A stretch of DNA of 64,000 nucleotides from Octopus bimaculoides (GCF_001194135.2 NC_068981.1:71570360-71634359); one strand, 5' to 3'; shown: positions 50,901-63,140, counted from the first letter of the stretch. The notes: generated by a model from the letters alone, not told the origin. Translations and numbers: made by a program.

Positions 50901-52008
50901 TGTTGATGAGGTTTTCTAATAAAACCAAAACATGTCTGGAGTTGTCTGTGTACTCCTAAAGATCAGACTCACTCCTTGCTGCATTCCATATTAAACTGTA
51001 TTTAATTAAAATGTTTTGGCTTACCAAAGTATGTTAGCATCTAATTTACTATTAATTTGCAAGCTATCATGTTTATGATTCAAGTTCTGTTCAATGTAAC
51101 TTTATAAGCTGGATATAATTTACCATACTAAATTGTAGTTGACATTAGTCATATACCCACAAGTATCTAGTAGTTGTAAAGTTTCAGCTCTAAGAGTGTC
51201 CTCTGGTTGTGATTTAGGACCTACTTTCACTAACATTTTTCCTAAGATTAAAATGACATTACCTAGACATCTTTTTTTTGTTTTTTGTTTAAGCCTATGA
51301 CAATACAAACTGCTTCAGTTTAAAAAAAAACAAAAAAAAAGCATCTACGTAAGAACTTGTTAGTTCATATTTTTATAACTACTTGTATAGACTAATATGC
51401 ATACATTCACATATGTATATACAATACCCAATTACCGAGTAACAGGCTATCAGTTCATTCTTCAAGTACAACCCTTTCACATTAAGCCTGTGTGCCCAGA
51501 TTCCTCTTTCTTGATTACTGATAACATGTAGCAATGCAAAATCGAAATTCAATATGAGCCAATGATTAGATCAAGCTGTAGAATAAATAGGTAAAAAATT
51601 CAGAGAGATTAGTGGTGATTTGCATTAGTACAAATTCTATTTATTGGTAAGGTGTAAAGTTTCTTTAAATTTGTATGTAATTGATAGAAGCATTTCTAGT
51701 GTTTTAGGCAATGTATTTTTTAGGGAATGCAAAGGGTTTTTTTTTAACACATGAATAAGAAAGAGAAAGCATAGACACAGTGAAGAATAACAGGAAATAG
51801 TTGAGAATTAGTTATGTATACATGGAAAGGAAATAGTTGAAAAAAAGAAAAAGATTAGAGATGAAACAAGAACAGGAGTAAAGAGAAAAGGGAGTTACAA
51901 GTGCTTTCTGTTGTTGGTTTTTAAAACTCATTGTTATTTTTGTAGTGATATCAGAAATAAACAATCATCGTCACAACATGTTTAAAAATCTTCAAATTTG
52001 TTTTTCAG

Positions 52009-52221
52009 AGGCAAATTTGCAGTTGTGAAAAGGTGTGTCAACCTACAGACAAATGAAGAAGTTGCTGCCAAGTTTATTCGCAAGAGGCGTCGAGGGAAAA
52101 ACTGCCGGGATCAGATATTACGGGAGATTGTAATGTTAGAGTTGTCTCGACCCCATCATCGAGTTGTGGACCTCATAGAAGTGTTTGAAAGTCCAACAGA
52201 GATGATACTCATCACTGAATA
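52009..52221 (+). CDS. STK17A: DRAK kinase coding exon (subdomains I-V), 213 nt, phase 2 to phase 2
   Basis: Acceptor tttttcag at 52001-52008; reads (R)GKFAVVKRCVNLQTNEEVAAKFIRKRRRGKNCRDQILREIVMLELSRPHHRVVDLIEVFESPTEMILITE(Y); donor gtaagt at 52222. Confidence 0.93.
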
Positions 52222-55200
52222 GTAAGTATAAATACCATATTTAAGAAAGATTTGATTTAAAAAAAAATTACCTAGTGACAAGTCCAGTGGGGTGTTAAGA
52301 ATTTCTTAGGATCTCTAATTACAAGTTAGAAGCGTTTCATATAAATATACTGAAGAATTATTTAATCTTCTCTACTTAGAATACACTGAATAAATATATT
52401 AGTTTAAGATTTTGGCACAAGGCCAGGAATTCCTGGGGAGGGGGTAAGTTGATTTCAACTCCTGTACTCAAGTGGTATTTATTTTATCGACCCCAAAAAA
52501 ATGAAAAGCAAAGTCCACACCTGCAGCATTTGAACATAAAATCTGAAGAAATGCCACGAAACATTTTGTCCAATGCAGTAACAATTATGTCAGCTTCGTC
52601 GTCGTTGGCACTCCGTCGCTTACGACGTCAAGGTTTACAGTTGATCCGGTCAAAAGAACAGCCTGCTCGTGAAATTAACGTGCAAGTGACTGAGCACTCC
52701 ACAGACATGTGTACCCTGAACGTAGTTCTCAGGGATATTCAGCGTGACACAGTGTGACAAGGCTGACCCTTTGAATTACAGGCACAACAGAAACAGGAAG
52801 TAAGAGTGAGAGAAAGTTGTGGTGGAAGAGTACAGCAGGGTTTGCCACCATCTCCTGCCGGAGCCACGTGGAGCTTTAGGTGTTTTCGCTCAATAAACAC
52901 TCACAACGCCTGGTCTGGGAATCGAAACCGCGATCCTATGACCACGAGTCCGCTGCCCTAACCACTGGGACATTGCGCCTCCACTATGTCAGCTTCAGAC
53001 AGTATAAATATAAGCAGGTATTCTTAGTTTACCATTTTATGGAATGGGTTCTTTCTTATTCTTTTGTTTTTACTGAATACACAACAACATATGAAGTAAT
53101 GTGCACAACATGCACATGCACATACCTGAAGATATTTGTCCAGAAAATGGGTTATCTCATGTCATGTAGAAAATGTTTGATGTTGGATATAATCTAGTGC
53201 TATCAAATCAGAAGTTCAGATTTTTTATTTACTGTATAAGACAGCTCTAAGTTTTACACAAAAACTTCAAGGTTTTAAACGTTAGTTTTTACAGCAGAAT
53301 ATAAGAGTTCATTTTATAGACACAGGTGTGACTCTGTGATAAGAAGTTTTGCTTCCTAACCACATGGCCTTAGGTTCAATCCCACAGCATGGCACCTTAG
53401 ACAAGTATCTTCTGCTATAGCTCCAGACCGACTAAAGCCTTGTGAGTGAATTTGGTTGTTGGAAACTGAAAGATGCCTGTCATGTATATGTATATATGTG
53501 TGCATGTGTGTTACAGTTTCCTTGCCATGATTTCATGTGATAGTTATAAAATGTCACAATCATGCAAGCAATGCCTTTCATTTCTGTGAAAACATGTTGT
53601 TATGGGGAATATTACTCTACATGAGAACAAGTGAGGGTTGTTGATAAGAAGGGCATCCAGCTGTAGGAAACATGCTTCAACAAAGTCCATCTAAACCCAT
53701 GCAGGTATGGGATGGAGGCACATGGATTAGTGGTTAAAGTGTTGGAGTCATGATCACAAGATTGTGGTTTTAATTCCTGGATTGGGCGACACATTGTGTT
53801 CTTGAGCAAAACACATTGCTCCAGTCCACCCAGCTGGCACAAATTGGTAATCCTGCAATGGCCCGGCATCCCATCCAGGTGGAAAATATATATGTCATGA
53901 AAGCTGGGAAACCGACCCTTATGGGTTGGCATGACTAGTTAAGGAAAGGAAACAGGCATGTATGGAAAAGTAGACATTAAACAATGATGATGATAATCTT
54001 CATCGTTGTATTTGTTTATCTCTTTCGCTACACTTGACTTGAATCAAAATAGTATCAATAATATTATGTATGTATTAGTAATTGAAATAGGATGAAGTTT
54101 TTACAACTGATTGCGTTTCTTTATTTGTTTCACAAGAAGAGACAAAAGAATTGGTATTCATTTATGGAATATAAACTAAAACTGTAACAGCTTCTTTAAA
54201 GAGATGTTTAAACTAAACTTAAAATATTTGATAAATATTTATTTATTTCATTTCTCACTTTCTTTGAATACTTCTTGTATAGAAGTAGACAGATAAAGAA
54301 GTAAAGAAATGTTCAGAAAACTATGCAGTTTTTATTTATTTCCAGGCATTTTTCCAATTGTTTTTTCTCCTGTCATTTACAGTTGTTCGGGTGGAGAATT
54401 ATTCCATGAATGTGTTATAGAAGAATCTTTCAAAGAAAGTGATGTGGTGCGATTATTAGGTGAAATTCTTGAAGGTGTCTTATTCCTACACCGTAAAAAT
54501 ATTCTGCACCTTGATCTCAAGGTAGGTTTTGCTTAGTTACCTTTTTTTTTAAAAAAAAAAAAGTCTTTTATTTTGAATTTTNNNNNNNNNNNNNNNNNNN
54601 NNNNNNNNNNNNNNNNNNNNNNNNNNNNNNNNNNNNNNNNNNNNGGTTTTTTTTTTTTTTTTTTTTAAATTTATGATTTCTATTTAACTCAAGAAAACAT
54701 TTTGTTTGTTCATCATAGGTAAGTGTATATATATTTTCTCATTGCAGCCTCAGAATATTTTGTTGACAAAGCCATTCCCTGAAGGCAATATCAAAATCTG
54801 TGATTTGGGCTTAGCTTGTCTTGTCAATGATGGTGAAGACATTCGAGAAATTGTTGGAACACCTGATTATGTTGCTCCAGAAGTATTAAGTTACGAACCA
54901 CTTGGATTATCTACAGATATGTGGTGAGTTTCTTTGTTTCTTTGTTTACCCTATTTTAAATGACTACAAGACGGGAACAAGAAGATGCCAACCCAAGGAT
55001 TAGCAGCTTCTATCCAGTCTCTAGCATTACATCATTCATGACAAAAACACTTAACTCTTAATAAACTCCATTCACTAACTATAAATAGATATGACAGGGT
55101 GAGACTGTTCATTGTTGTAAGCTACAGTGTCAGTACTGTGAAATTGATGAGTGTTCTATGAGCTTGCAGTGTTGAAAATTACTTCCAGTGGGATGGGCTC

Positions 55201-57478
55201 CTCCTAGCAAAATTTCCTTCGATAAACAAACTATTTGGAAAGGATTTTTCACTAGTTCAGTTATCTTAGTGGGTTGTAAGACTGACTGTCACATAAAAAA
55301 AAAAAATTATTTTTTGCAGTGTCATTTCTTGCTCATTATTAAAATTTAAAAATAAAATTATTTTGTTGCAAACATTCAGACTTCTTTACGTTAAGTGTAC
55401 ATCTATGTGAGAACTTTTCAACAGTTAAATACTTTATCTTTTGATGTTCTTCAGTATATAATGGCTATAGCTAGAATGCCAATCAAACAACACTTTGATT
55501 GGCTTTCAATACTTTATACTCAAGTAGAAATAAGTTTTGTTATTCAACATCCAAACCATCATGAAATATCCACTCTCAAATGTAATGCTTATTATTCTTG
55601 TTCATTGAAATCTTCAAACTATGAAATAATGCAAGATTGATTCAAAAGATGTGATTGTTTATTTTTATAATGACATTGTAGGGTATGTTTGAGAAGCTAC
55701 TTTTAACATAAAACAAGTAGAACATTTGGCCCAGTTATAGCCAGTTTAAATGCTAAAGGTTTAAATATCTACTACATTAAATGAGAAACATCTCTGTTCA
55801 TAAATATCCTTGAGATCCATTAACAATTAATAAAACTTGTGAAATTAAAACTCTAGGGCAGTTGTATGCCAAATATTGATTTGTATTGTCTTGTAGATGA
55901 TTTGTTTTGGTCTTTCTCATTAAAAGAAAAAGGACCCAACATGTTTCAGATTAAATGTACCTAGGCTAGAAGTAAGATTTGTCTGTGTTTTTAGATAGAA
56001 ATCAAGATTCTTGGATTGTTCCCAGTTGCAGATATCAAATAATTTTTCCCTTTAAAATAGCATATCGTCTTATACATCCTCCAGCTGAAAATAAAGATTT
56101 TTGTAGTTGCTCTATTGAGACTCTATTCTGATAGCCATAGATTAACAAATTAAGACAAAAGAAAACTTATCTAATCAAAAAAAAAACACTGTAAATGGAT
56201 TAGCATTTTTAAAGTGATTTCTTTATTTTATTTTATTTTATTTGAGATTACTTTCCTAATTGGTCTTTATAATTTCTTTTAGGAGTCTTGGAGTGCTAAC
56301 TTATGTTATGTTATCTGCTTGTTCCCCCTTTGATGGGGAAAGCAAACAGGAAACATACTTGAATATATCTCAGGTAAACCTTGATTTTCCTGACTATTTG
56401 TTTGAATCAATCAGTTATGGTGCCATTGATTTTATGAAGAATTTGCTCATCAAAGATCCAAGGTAAGTACATGTTGAGTTTAATTTCTCAATCATATTTT
56501 CCACATAAGTAAATCATAGATTTTGAATATTGGTGCCATGAAAATCTGTTAGGTAAAGTAAAATTGACAAAGCCAACAGGACAGTTATAGTTTGTAGTAA
56601 CATGTAACAGGAATTTAAAAGTCAAATAATGTGAAACAGCCAAAGATAAAATGTTTCAGAATGGAGAGGTTAGATATAGTTGAATATAAGAGCATTTGTC
56701 TAGTTCAATATCAGTGCTGAAATTTAGATATGTAAACAAGTCAAAGCTATTGTTATTTGTTTTTCTTCTAAATCCACAATTAAACATAACAGAAATTCCT
56801 TGATTATAGTGAAATAAATAGCCAACATACATAATAAAAATGGGCTGTTAGTTTTTGATCAAAAACATACAATTTTGATTGTACATAATTTATAACCTTA
56901 TTTACAAAAAAAAAAAATGCATTTATTGTTTGTATGTCATGGAATTTTTATATTTTCCCAGATGCCGGATGGATGCTGCACAGTGTTTGACTCATGCTTG
57001 GATAAAAGGAGAACACGTACCACATCCAATAGAATCTAACCAAGAAGAGGAGGAGGAAGAAGAGGAGGAGGAGGAAGAAGGTGAAGAGAAGGAAGTTGAA
57101 GAGACTGATACTAAAAATAATGAGGATAAACAGAAAGAGGTGAACTCTGTTCTACAGAGTCAACCTTCAGTGGAATGTGAACCTAGCTGTGATGTGCCTA
57201 AACCAGAACAGAAGACAGAAGACAAACATGAAAAAGAATGTTTGATAGATAAAAGAGATGTTGGGGAGAACAGTAAAGCCGAACATCCTTTACTTAGTGA
57301 AACAGCAGAAGGGGGTGCGCTTAAAAAACATGAGAAAAAACTAGAAGCAAAAGATGCAAGCTTTATCAATAATGAAAACTCCCCATCTAATCCTCTCAAT
57401 GGAGATTTCAGTGAAGAAGATTCTGGTTGTGTGGACTCTGTTAATAATGGTTTAACCTGCATTAATGATTTGGACTGA
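52009..57478 (+). CDS. STK17A: DRAK/STK17-family (death-associated protein kinase-related) Ser/Thr kinase; five joined coding exons, N-terminal exon(s) missing from the model
   Basis: The spliced translation gives (R)GKFAVVKRC...AAKFIRKRRRGKNCR (DAPK-family basic loop)...EYCSGGELF...HLDLKPQNILL...ICDLG...GTPDYVAPEVLSYEP...TDMWSLGVLTYVML..SPF.G..KQETYLNIS...R..AAQCL.H.W, then an acidic tail and TGA at 57476-57478. All four introns are GT-AG with compatible phases (2,0,2,2). HLDLKPQN and KQETYLNISQ are DRAK hallmarks. The symbol follows the closest vertebrate family member; invertebrates have a single Drak. Confidence 0.95.
52598..52984 (-). mobile_element. Young full-length tRNA-derived SINE (family C) with 12-bp TSD, in the DRAK intron after 52221
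   Basis: Minus head GGAGGCGCAATGTCCCAGTGGTTAGGGCAGCGG...GGTTTCGATTCCC (A and B boxes); (GAC)n tail; perfect TSD TATGTCAGCTTC at 52586-52597 and 52985-52996. Confidence 0.92.
53714..53950 (+). mobile_element. tRNA-derived SINE (family D) inserted in an RTE 3'-end repeat (about 53570-53995)
   Basis: Head ggaggcacatggattagtggttaaagtgttgg...ttttaattcctgg; central cctgcaatggcccggcatcccatccagg. The host repeat resumes at ggaaaagtagacattaaacaatgatgatg. Confidence 0.65.
54383..54521 (+). CDS. STK17A: DRAK kinase coding exon (subdomains V-VIb), 139 nt
   Basis: Acceptor tttacag ends 54382; (Y)CSGGELFHECVIEESFKESDVVRLLGEILEGVLFLHRKNILHLDLK; donor gtaggt at 54522. Confidence 0.95.
54748..54923 (+). CDS. 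STK17A: DRAK kinase coding exon (subdomains VIb-IX), 176 nt
   Basis: Acceptor attgcag ends 54747; PQNILLTKPFPEGNIKICDLGLACLVNDGEDIREIVGTPDYVAPEVLSYEPLGLSTDM(W); donor gtgagt at 54924. Confidence 0.95.
56283..56462 (+). CDS. STK17A: DRAK kinase coding exon (subdomains IX-XI), 180 nt
   Basis: Acceptor tttctttt-ag ends 56282; (W)SLGVLTYVMLSACSPFDGESKQETYLNISQVNLDFPDYLFESISYGAIDFMKNLLIKDP(R); donor gtaagt at 56463. Confidence 0.95.
56962..57478 (+). CDS. STK17A: DRAK kinase last coding exon (end of kinase domain plus acidic low-complexity tail)
   Basis: Acceptor ttttcccag ends 56961; (R)CRMDAAQCLTHAWIKG..., 12-Glu run at 57044-57079, stop TGA at 57476-57478. Confidence 0.9.
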
Positions 57479-57837
57479 CTTTCTGTCAGACATCTTGTCT
57501 ACTTTCACTGCCACTTCCTGTTTTCATTTCCCAAACCCACACTACCTTCCCTGTTTCAAGACCTGTAGGCTTCCTGGAGTTATGGTCTTGTAGGAGAGAT
57601 TCTAATGACATTATAACACTTTGTATGATAGGCCTCAGTAACATGTCTAAAAAGGAAAAAGATAATTTTGAGCATGAAGAAGGGATCTGATAATATTTCC
57701 ATATCATACTCCATCTTAGATTCCACTGACCAAAGCAACTGATTTGTGCATCTTCCACTTCTTTTAATACAGATATAGACAGTACCTTGTCTTTTGTGGA
57801 AATGGCTGGTAGGTTGGCAAATGGAGGATTGTTATGA

Positions 57838-57843
57838 AATAAA
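57838..57843 (+). promoter_or_regulatory. Possible proximal polyadenylation signal (AATAAA) of the kinase
   Basis: First AATAAA downstream of the stop, about 360 nt away. The hexamer is common in AT-rich DNA, so support is weak. Confidence 0.25.
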
Positions 57844-60468
57844 TCTCCAAAGAAAAAAATATTGTAAAAAAAAATTATATATATANNNNNNNNNNATATA
57901 TATTTCCATGTAAATAGCTATTTGGGGGAAATGCCCCCTCCACCTATGATTTTTTGTGAGGAAGAAAATCACAGAAACAGTTATGTGTTGTAAATATTGA
58001 ACAAGTGTAGTAAAGGAATTTTTCTATCTAAGACTACACATTCCAGTTGCTATTATAAATTGGTGACCATGATGATTCTCCTAATTAGCTTATTTAAAGA
58101 AAAATGAAGATGAACATAGATAATTATCAAGATACTTTCACAAAGTATTTGCACCAAAAAAAAAAATGATAAAAGTGTAAAAAAATATAAACTTGTTTGA
58201 AACATTCAAGAGAAAGATAATTGACTTTTTGTTTGTTTGCTTGTTATTGTTTTTGTTTGTTCAGAGATTTATAATATTTTTTATTTGTTTATTCTCTTGA
58301 CCAACTATTCCTTCTGGACCAAACTTCTTTGTGAAACCTTCTTTCTGCCTTTCTTACAATATTCATTATTTCACTTTCTGTGAAGCAACATTATTTCTTG
58401 AGCACACATGTAACGCATATTACATACAGATGCATACACACATTTCTGATGCCAAAATTTTTTTTTCATTGTTCTTCATTTCTAGATTAAATCTAGATAT
58501 ATTTTCGAAATATCTTTACAGAGTATACTTAAGAATAATGATTGATTGATGTGTAAAGAGCCAAATTTCATGTTGATACATTTTAATTTGATCAGAACCT
58601 TGTGTGCTTATTATAACAACATTTTTATGTAATGTTATAACAAAATATTATTCAGTCTACTTTCCAAGTTGTATTTTGTTTTCTGTTTTTTTGTTCCCTT
58701 TAAGATCAGTCTCATTCAGTTATCTTAGTATTAAATTAATAATGATAAATTAAGCAAAGAAAATATCTCTAATACACTAACTGATATAATAATATCATCA
58801 TTGTTTTATTTTAATATTCATGACCCTTTAAGAAAACAAATTTCTTACTCAGTAACAAATGTCTGACAACTCACAAAATATTTCTTGCCAAATGCATTTG
58901 ACACACAGATTTCTGTCCATGTTAATATGGGCAATGTGCCTTGTACATAATCATTCACCTTCACTCATATATTCCCATAATTTCTGCACTAAAGTTCACC
59001 CAAATGTAAAGCCGGTAAAGAAAGACAATAATTTACTTAACTTTGTTTCTATTCTAATTTTTTTTTTTTAAAAAGGTTAGATAAGAACAGACTAACTTGA
59101 ATTATTTTTATCAAACTGATACTTTGATAATGAAGTAATTAAGAAAATTTTCTCATATTTGAAGCATTTAGTAGAATTATTTTCCAAAGTACATACATTC
59201 TCCCTCTTTCCTCTTTATCTCTTTCTAACATGCATTCTTAGACGCTTTCAAAATTGCTATATTCTATGGACATGTCTTAAACAAAGAATTCCTTCCAATT
59301 TATATTTTGTTTGGATTTTAGATACAAAAACTAATATTCCTTCGATAGCTATATTTTTCCTATTCATTTTCTTTTTGTCATAGAAATTATAGATAACAGC
59401 TCAGGTTTTTATGAGCAGGTTGTCTCCTGAATATTCCTTTTTAAATATGGAATAGGTACCAAAATAATTGTGAATTATAGTTCATAAAAACACACTCGTA
59501 TTTTGCATTTGCAACTTCTTTATTTTGATATCAATGCCTTAATACATTCCTCCAGTCACTTTCAACACCATTCCTAATGCTACCAAATATTTGTACAGCC
59601 TAGCTAGTTGGTGGCCACTTTTTTTCAAATATTCTCACAAGACACTGGGATTTGGTGCAGTTGTGTTTGACTTCATAAATCCTTAAGAATTTACACAGGT
59701 ATCCAGTGTTACTGAAATGCATACATTTTATTTTAAAGAATAATTCCATCTTATTAACATCATCACTTCATGTTGCAAATAGTAAAATTTTGAGTGTCTT
59801 CCTTTTGTATTTCTAAAAGAACATAGATTTGAATTCAGTTAAATTCAGTTTTTTTTTTTCTTTTGGTTTCCCTTTTTTGTGCTGTTTGTATTTTGTACAA
59901 TTTTGTTTTGTATATGAGTGGTTGCTGGCAATTTGTAACCAAACTGATTCATTTTTCCTTCATATGAATAAAAACTTTAGTGTCATCGGAAGTGACAAGT
60001 TGCCCAGAGGTATGTATAAGCATTGTTTGTTGCATTGGCAAAAATGAGGAATAGTCAACCTCTTCAGTATTAAATGGTTGCTTTGTAGTTGTTGATTTTT
60101 TTTTCCCCCAAATTAGATTATTTACCATCTTTAAGCTTGATAGATGATGGCTGTTATCAAAATTTATTTGATTTAAATGCCTTATGGTATTAAGTTGTTA
60201 CCTTTTACTTTCTTGTTTCAAATCCAACCAAAGTTAACTTCACTTTTCCACTCTCTTGGGTCAATAAAACAACTATCAATAATATAAGGGACCAATGCAA
60301 TTGATTATTATTTCCTATAAATTTGTGACTTTGTGTTTGTATGAATTCAAATGATTTGTAATACAGTCACATACTGAAGACTGAGTTGCTGGATTCGACT
60401 TGTCTGTTAACTCCCTACCAAAATCTTTCTTTAATTTATTTGTACTGCCAAAATATGAAAGCTGTCAT

Positions 60469-60811
60469 GAAGGTGCATGGCTGAGTGGTTAGAACGTCAG
60501 GCTCACAATCATGAGGGAATGATTTCGATTCCCCGACCAGGTTGTGTGTTATGTTCTTGAGCAAGACTCTTTATTTCACGTTGCTCCAGTTCACTCAGCT
60601 GTAGAAATGAATTGCAATGGCACTGGTGCCAAGCTGTATCAGCCTTATCCTTTCCCTTGAATAACACTGGTGGCGTGGAGAGAGGAGGCTGATATGCATG
60701 AGCAATTGCTGATCTTCGGTAAACAGCCTTACCCAGATTTGTGCCTCTGAGAAGAACTTTGTCGGTGCATCCCATGGTCATTCATGACCAAAAGGGTGTT
60801 TTACCCTTTAC
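60469..60811 (+). mobile_element. Full-length tRNA-derived SINE (family E); partial inverse copy at about 50240-50385
   Basis: Head gaaggtgcatggctgagtggttagaacgtcagg...gatttcgattcccc (A/B boxes); tail catcccatggtcattcatgaccaaaagggtgttttaccc. Possible short TSD CATGA (60466-60470 and 60812-60816). Confidence 0.8.
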
Positions 60812-61077
60812 CATGAGACAAGTATATGTTAAAATAGCATTGAAGTCAATTTAATGTAATTGTTTCTAATTTAAGCACAAGACCATCAATTTTCGAGGAG
60901 AGGAAGGCTTAGTCAATCTCATTGCCCCAGTACTTGGCTGGTATTTTATTATGTCTGGAGATGTGAAACACAAAGTCGACCTCAGTGTGATTTGAACTCA
61001 CAATCTGAAGAACTGCAACTAATACCACAAGGCATTTTTTTTCCAACACTAATCACTCTGACAATCCACCAATTTAA

Positions 61078-61293
61078 GCATTTAGCATTTAAAACAGCCA
61101 TGTCTGGCCCAAACATTCTACCTGTCTTATGTTCAAACTAATCAAATCCAGTCTCTCATCTACCTTACAATGTCATTCTAAAAATAAACAATCACAGCAA
61201 CAAAATCTGAAAGCTACAAGACAATGCATGGTTAATTCAAAACAATGTGAATAAACAGGCATTACATTTCACAGTAATCTGAATACTGAATGG
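61078..61293. mobile_element. TTAA MITE family 1 copy
   Basis: ttaa-gcatttagcatttaaaacagcc...ctgaatactgaatgg-ttaa (61294-61297). Confidence 0.7.
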
Positions 61294-62984
61294 TTAATGA
61301 TTTATAGAATACCAAACTCATCTCAATAAACAGTAAAATAGAACTCAGAGGATGGATAAAATAAATGACTGACACCAAAAAGTACTAAGCTATAGTATAT
61401 TTCTATTATCATATATATGTCTGTGTGTGTGTGTGTGTGTGTGTGNNNNNNNNNNNNNNNNNNNNNNNNNNNNNNNNNNNNNNNNNNNNNNNNNNNNNNN
61501 NNNNNNNNNNNNNNNNNNNNNNNNNNNNNNNNNNNNNNNNNNNNNATATATACACTGTTGGTCAGTTGTTTTTTTATTCAAAATGGTGCAGGAAACCACA
61601 TACACTTCACTATGGGCTTGAAATTCACATGTACTAACACATACACACATTCAAATTATTGAGGATAGAGGGTGTGTCAATAATGTCTTCATGGTAAAGC
61701 AAAACAAACACGATCTCTTAAGTAGGATTTGATCCTGCCTCAAAAACAAACACTCCCAAGACAATATGTAGTCTCATGAATTTATATTGACATGCCTTCC
61801 ATGTGGGCAGTTGTCCATTGACCAGCTATAATACTGATTCTCATTAGATGCTGCATATATTATCAATCAGGAGTCATCATTTACCAGGTTCCAGTGTTAT
61901 TTGGTTTGATTTCCACGACTGGATGCCCTTCCTAATGCCAGCCACTGTGAGAGTGTAGTGGGTGCCTTTTATGTGTTACCGGCACTGTCCATGAATATGA
62001 TATCACATGGCTTGACGAGTCGTGATTTAAAAGCATAAGTTAGTCTGTTTGGAAATACATTGCTTTGATATCTATGGTTCTGGGGACTTTTCTGAGGTTA
62101 TTGGCTATGAATAGGATTATTTCAACCAAATGATTTTTAGAAATGGCAGCAACATGCAATTTGTGTGTCAAAGGCTGAAATGAAAATATTATAAACACAA
62201 AGTGGGTGCGACTTATTTACTGCTATGACTTATATTCAAGAATATACGATAGCCATTAATTACCAATATCATGTTTCTCACACTGCATATTTAATTTTAC
62301 TTTTGCTTTTTCTTTTTCATAGTTCTATGCATTAGATATGCTTCCACCCACTTAACTATAGTTTTGTTTCAGTTGACTATTTTTCTTGCTCTTCAATAAT
62401 TTAGTTTCTAGTTTATTTACACACACACATATACATCAAAAGCATCACTAATTTTATGATTTCTATTTAAATTCTTGAGGTGTTTTGGTCAGTAGGATAG
62501 AGCAATGTATGTTAATGATGCTAATCCTGACTAATTTGTTTTAAATATTCAATTCTTTAGTTGTTATAATGAAGCAAACTAATATCTTTAAGTTTATGGC
62601 TCAAAAAAAAAGATAAAGCAGGGGAAGCTTATGTTAACAACCTTCACTTATCTTGCAACACTATTTGTGAGTTAATATAATAACCATAACAGGACTATAA
62701 TTGAATGTACTACATTAAAACTTAATTATCTTCAAAGTTACAATTCATAAATTTTAAAATCTAATTAGTTGTGTAAGGCAAATTTTCATTATATAGATTA
62801 GATTGACAGCTAGAAGTTTTACATCTTTGTATTTTGATTTTTGTATCTTGATGTATTCCTTGTGTAGCAACTTTCCAAAAGCCTTTATACTGTGGCAATT
62901 GAACTACAATACTCAGATTCACATTTTGTTGACAAGCTGGCTTAACACTCTGAGAATAAAGGAAATCATCAGGAATTGAGCTTT

Positions 62985-63009
62985 ATTTATATATATATAT
63001 ATATATAAT

Positions 63010-63053
<44 letters not shown>

Positions 63054-63140
63054 GATAGATAGATAGATAGGTGTGTGTGTGTATGTATGTGTATATATAT
63101 ATATATATATATACATACACACACACACACACACACACAG
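62985..63140. repeat. Compound (TA)n/(TG)n/(GATA)n/(CA)n microsatellite
   Basis: Directly visible. Confidence 0.95.

Noticed and set aside
52900-52984. tRNA-like sequences with A/B boxes (also at 60469, 53714, 31171)
   Set aside because: They are SINE heads continuing into SINE bodies; no complete cloverleaf or acceptor stem.
57160-57758. Minus-strand ORFs of 100 aa and 90 aa
   Set aside because: Antisense shadows of the last kinase exon and proximal 3'UTR; no recognisable motifs or splice partners.
60371-60407. Hammerhead-like CTGAAGA..GAGT/ATTC..GAC TTGTC
   Set aside because: GAAA is absent (GAC), two extra nt follow the core and stem I is only 3 weak pairs; not supportable without a family consensus.
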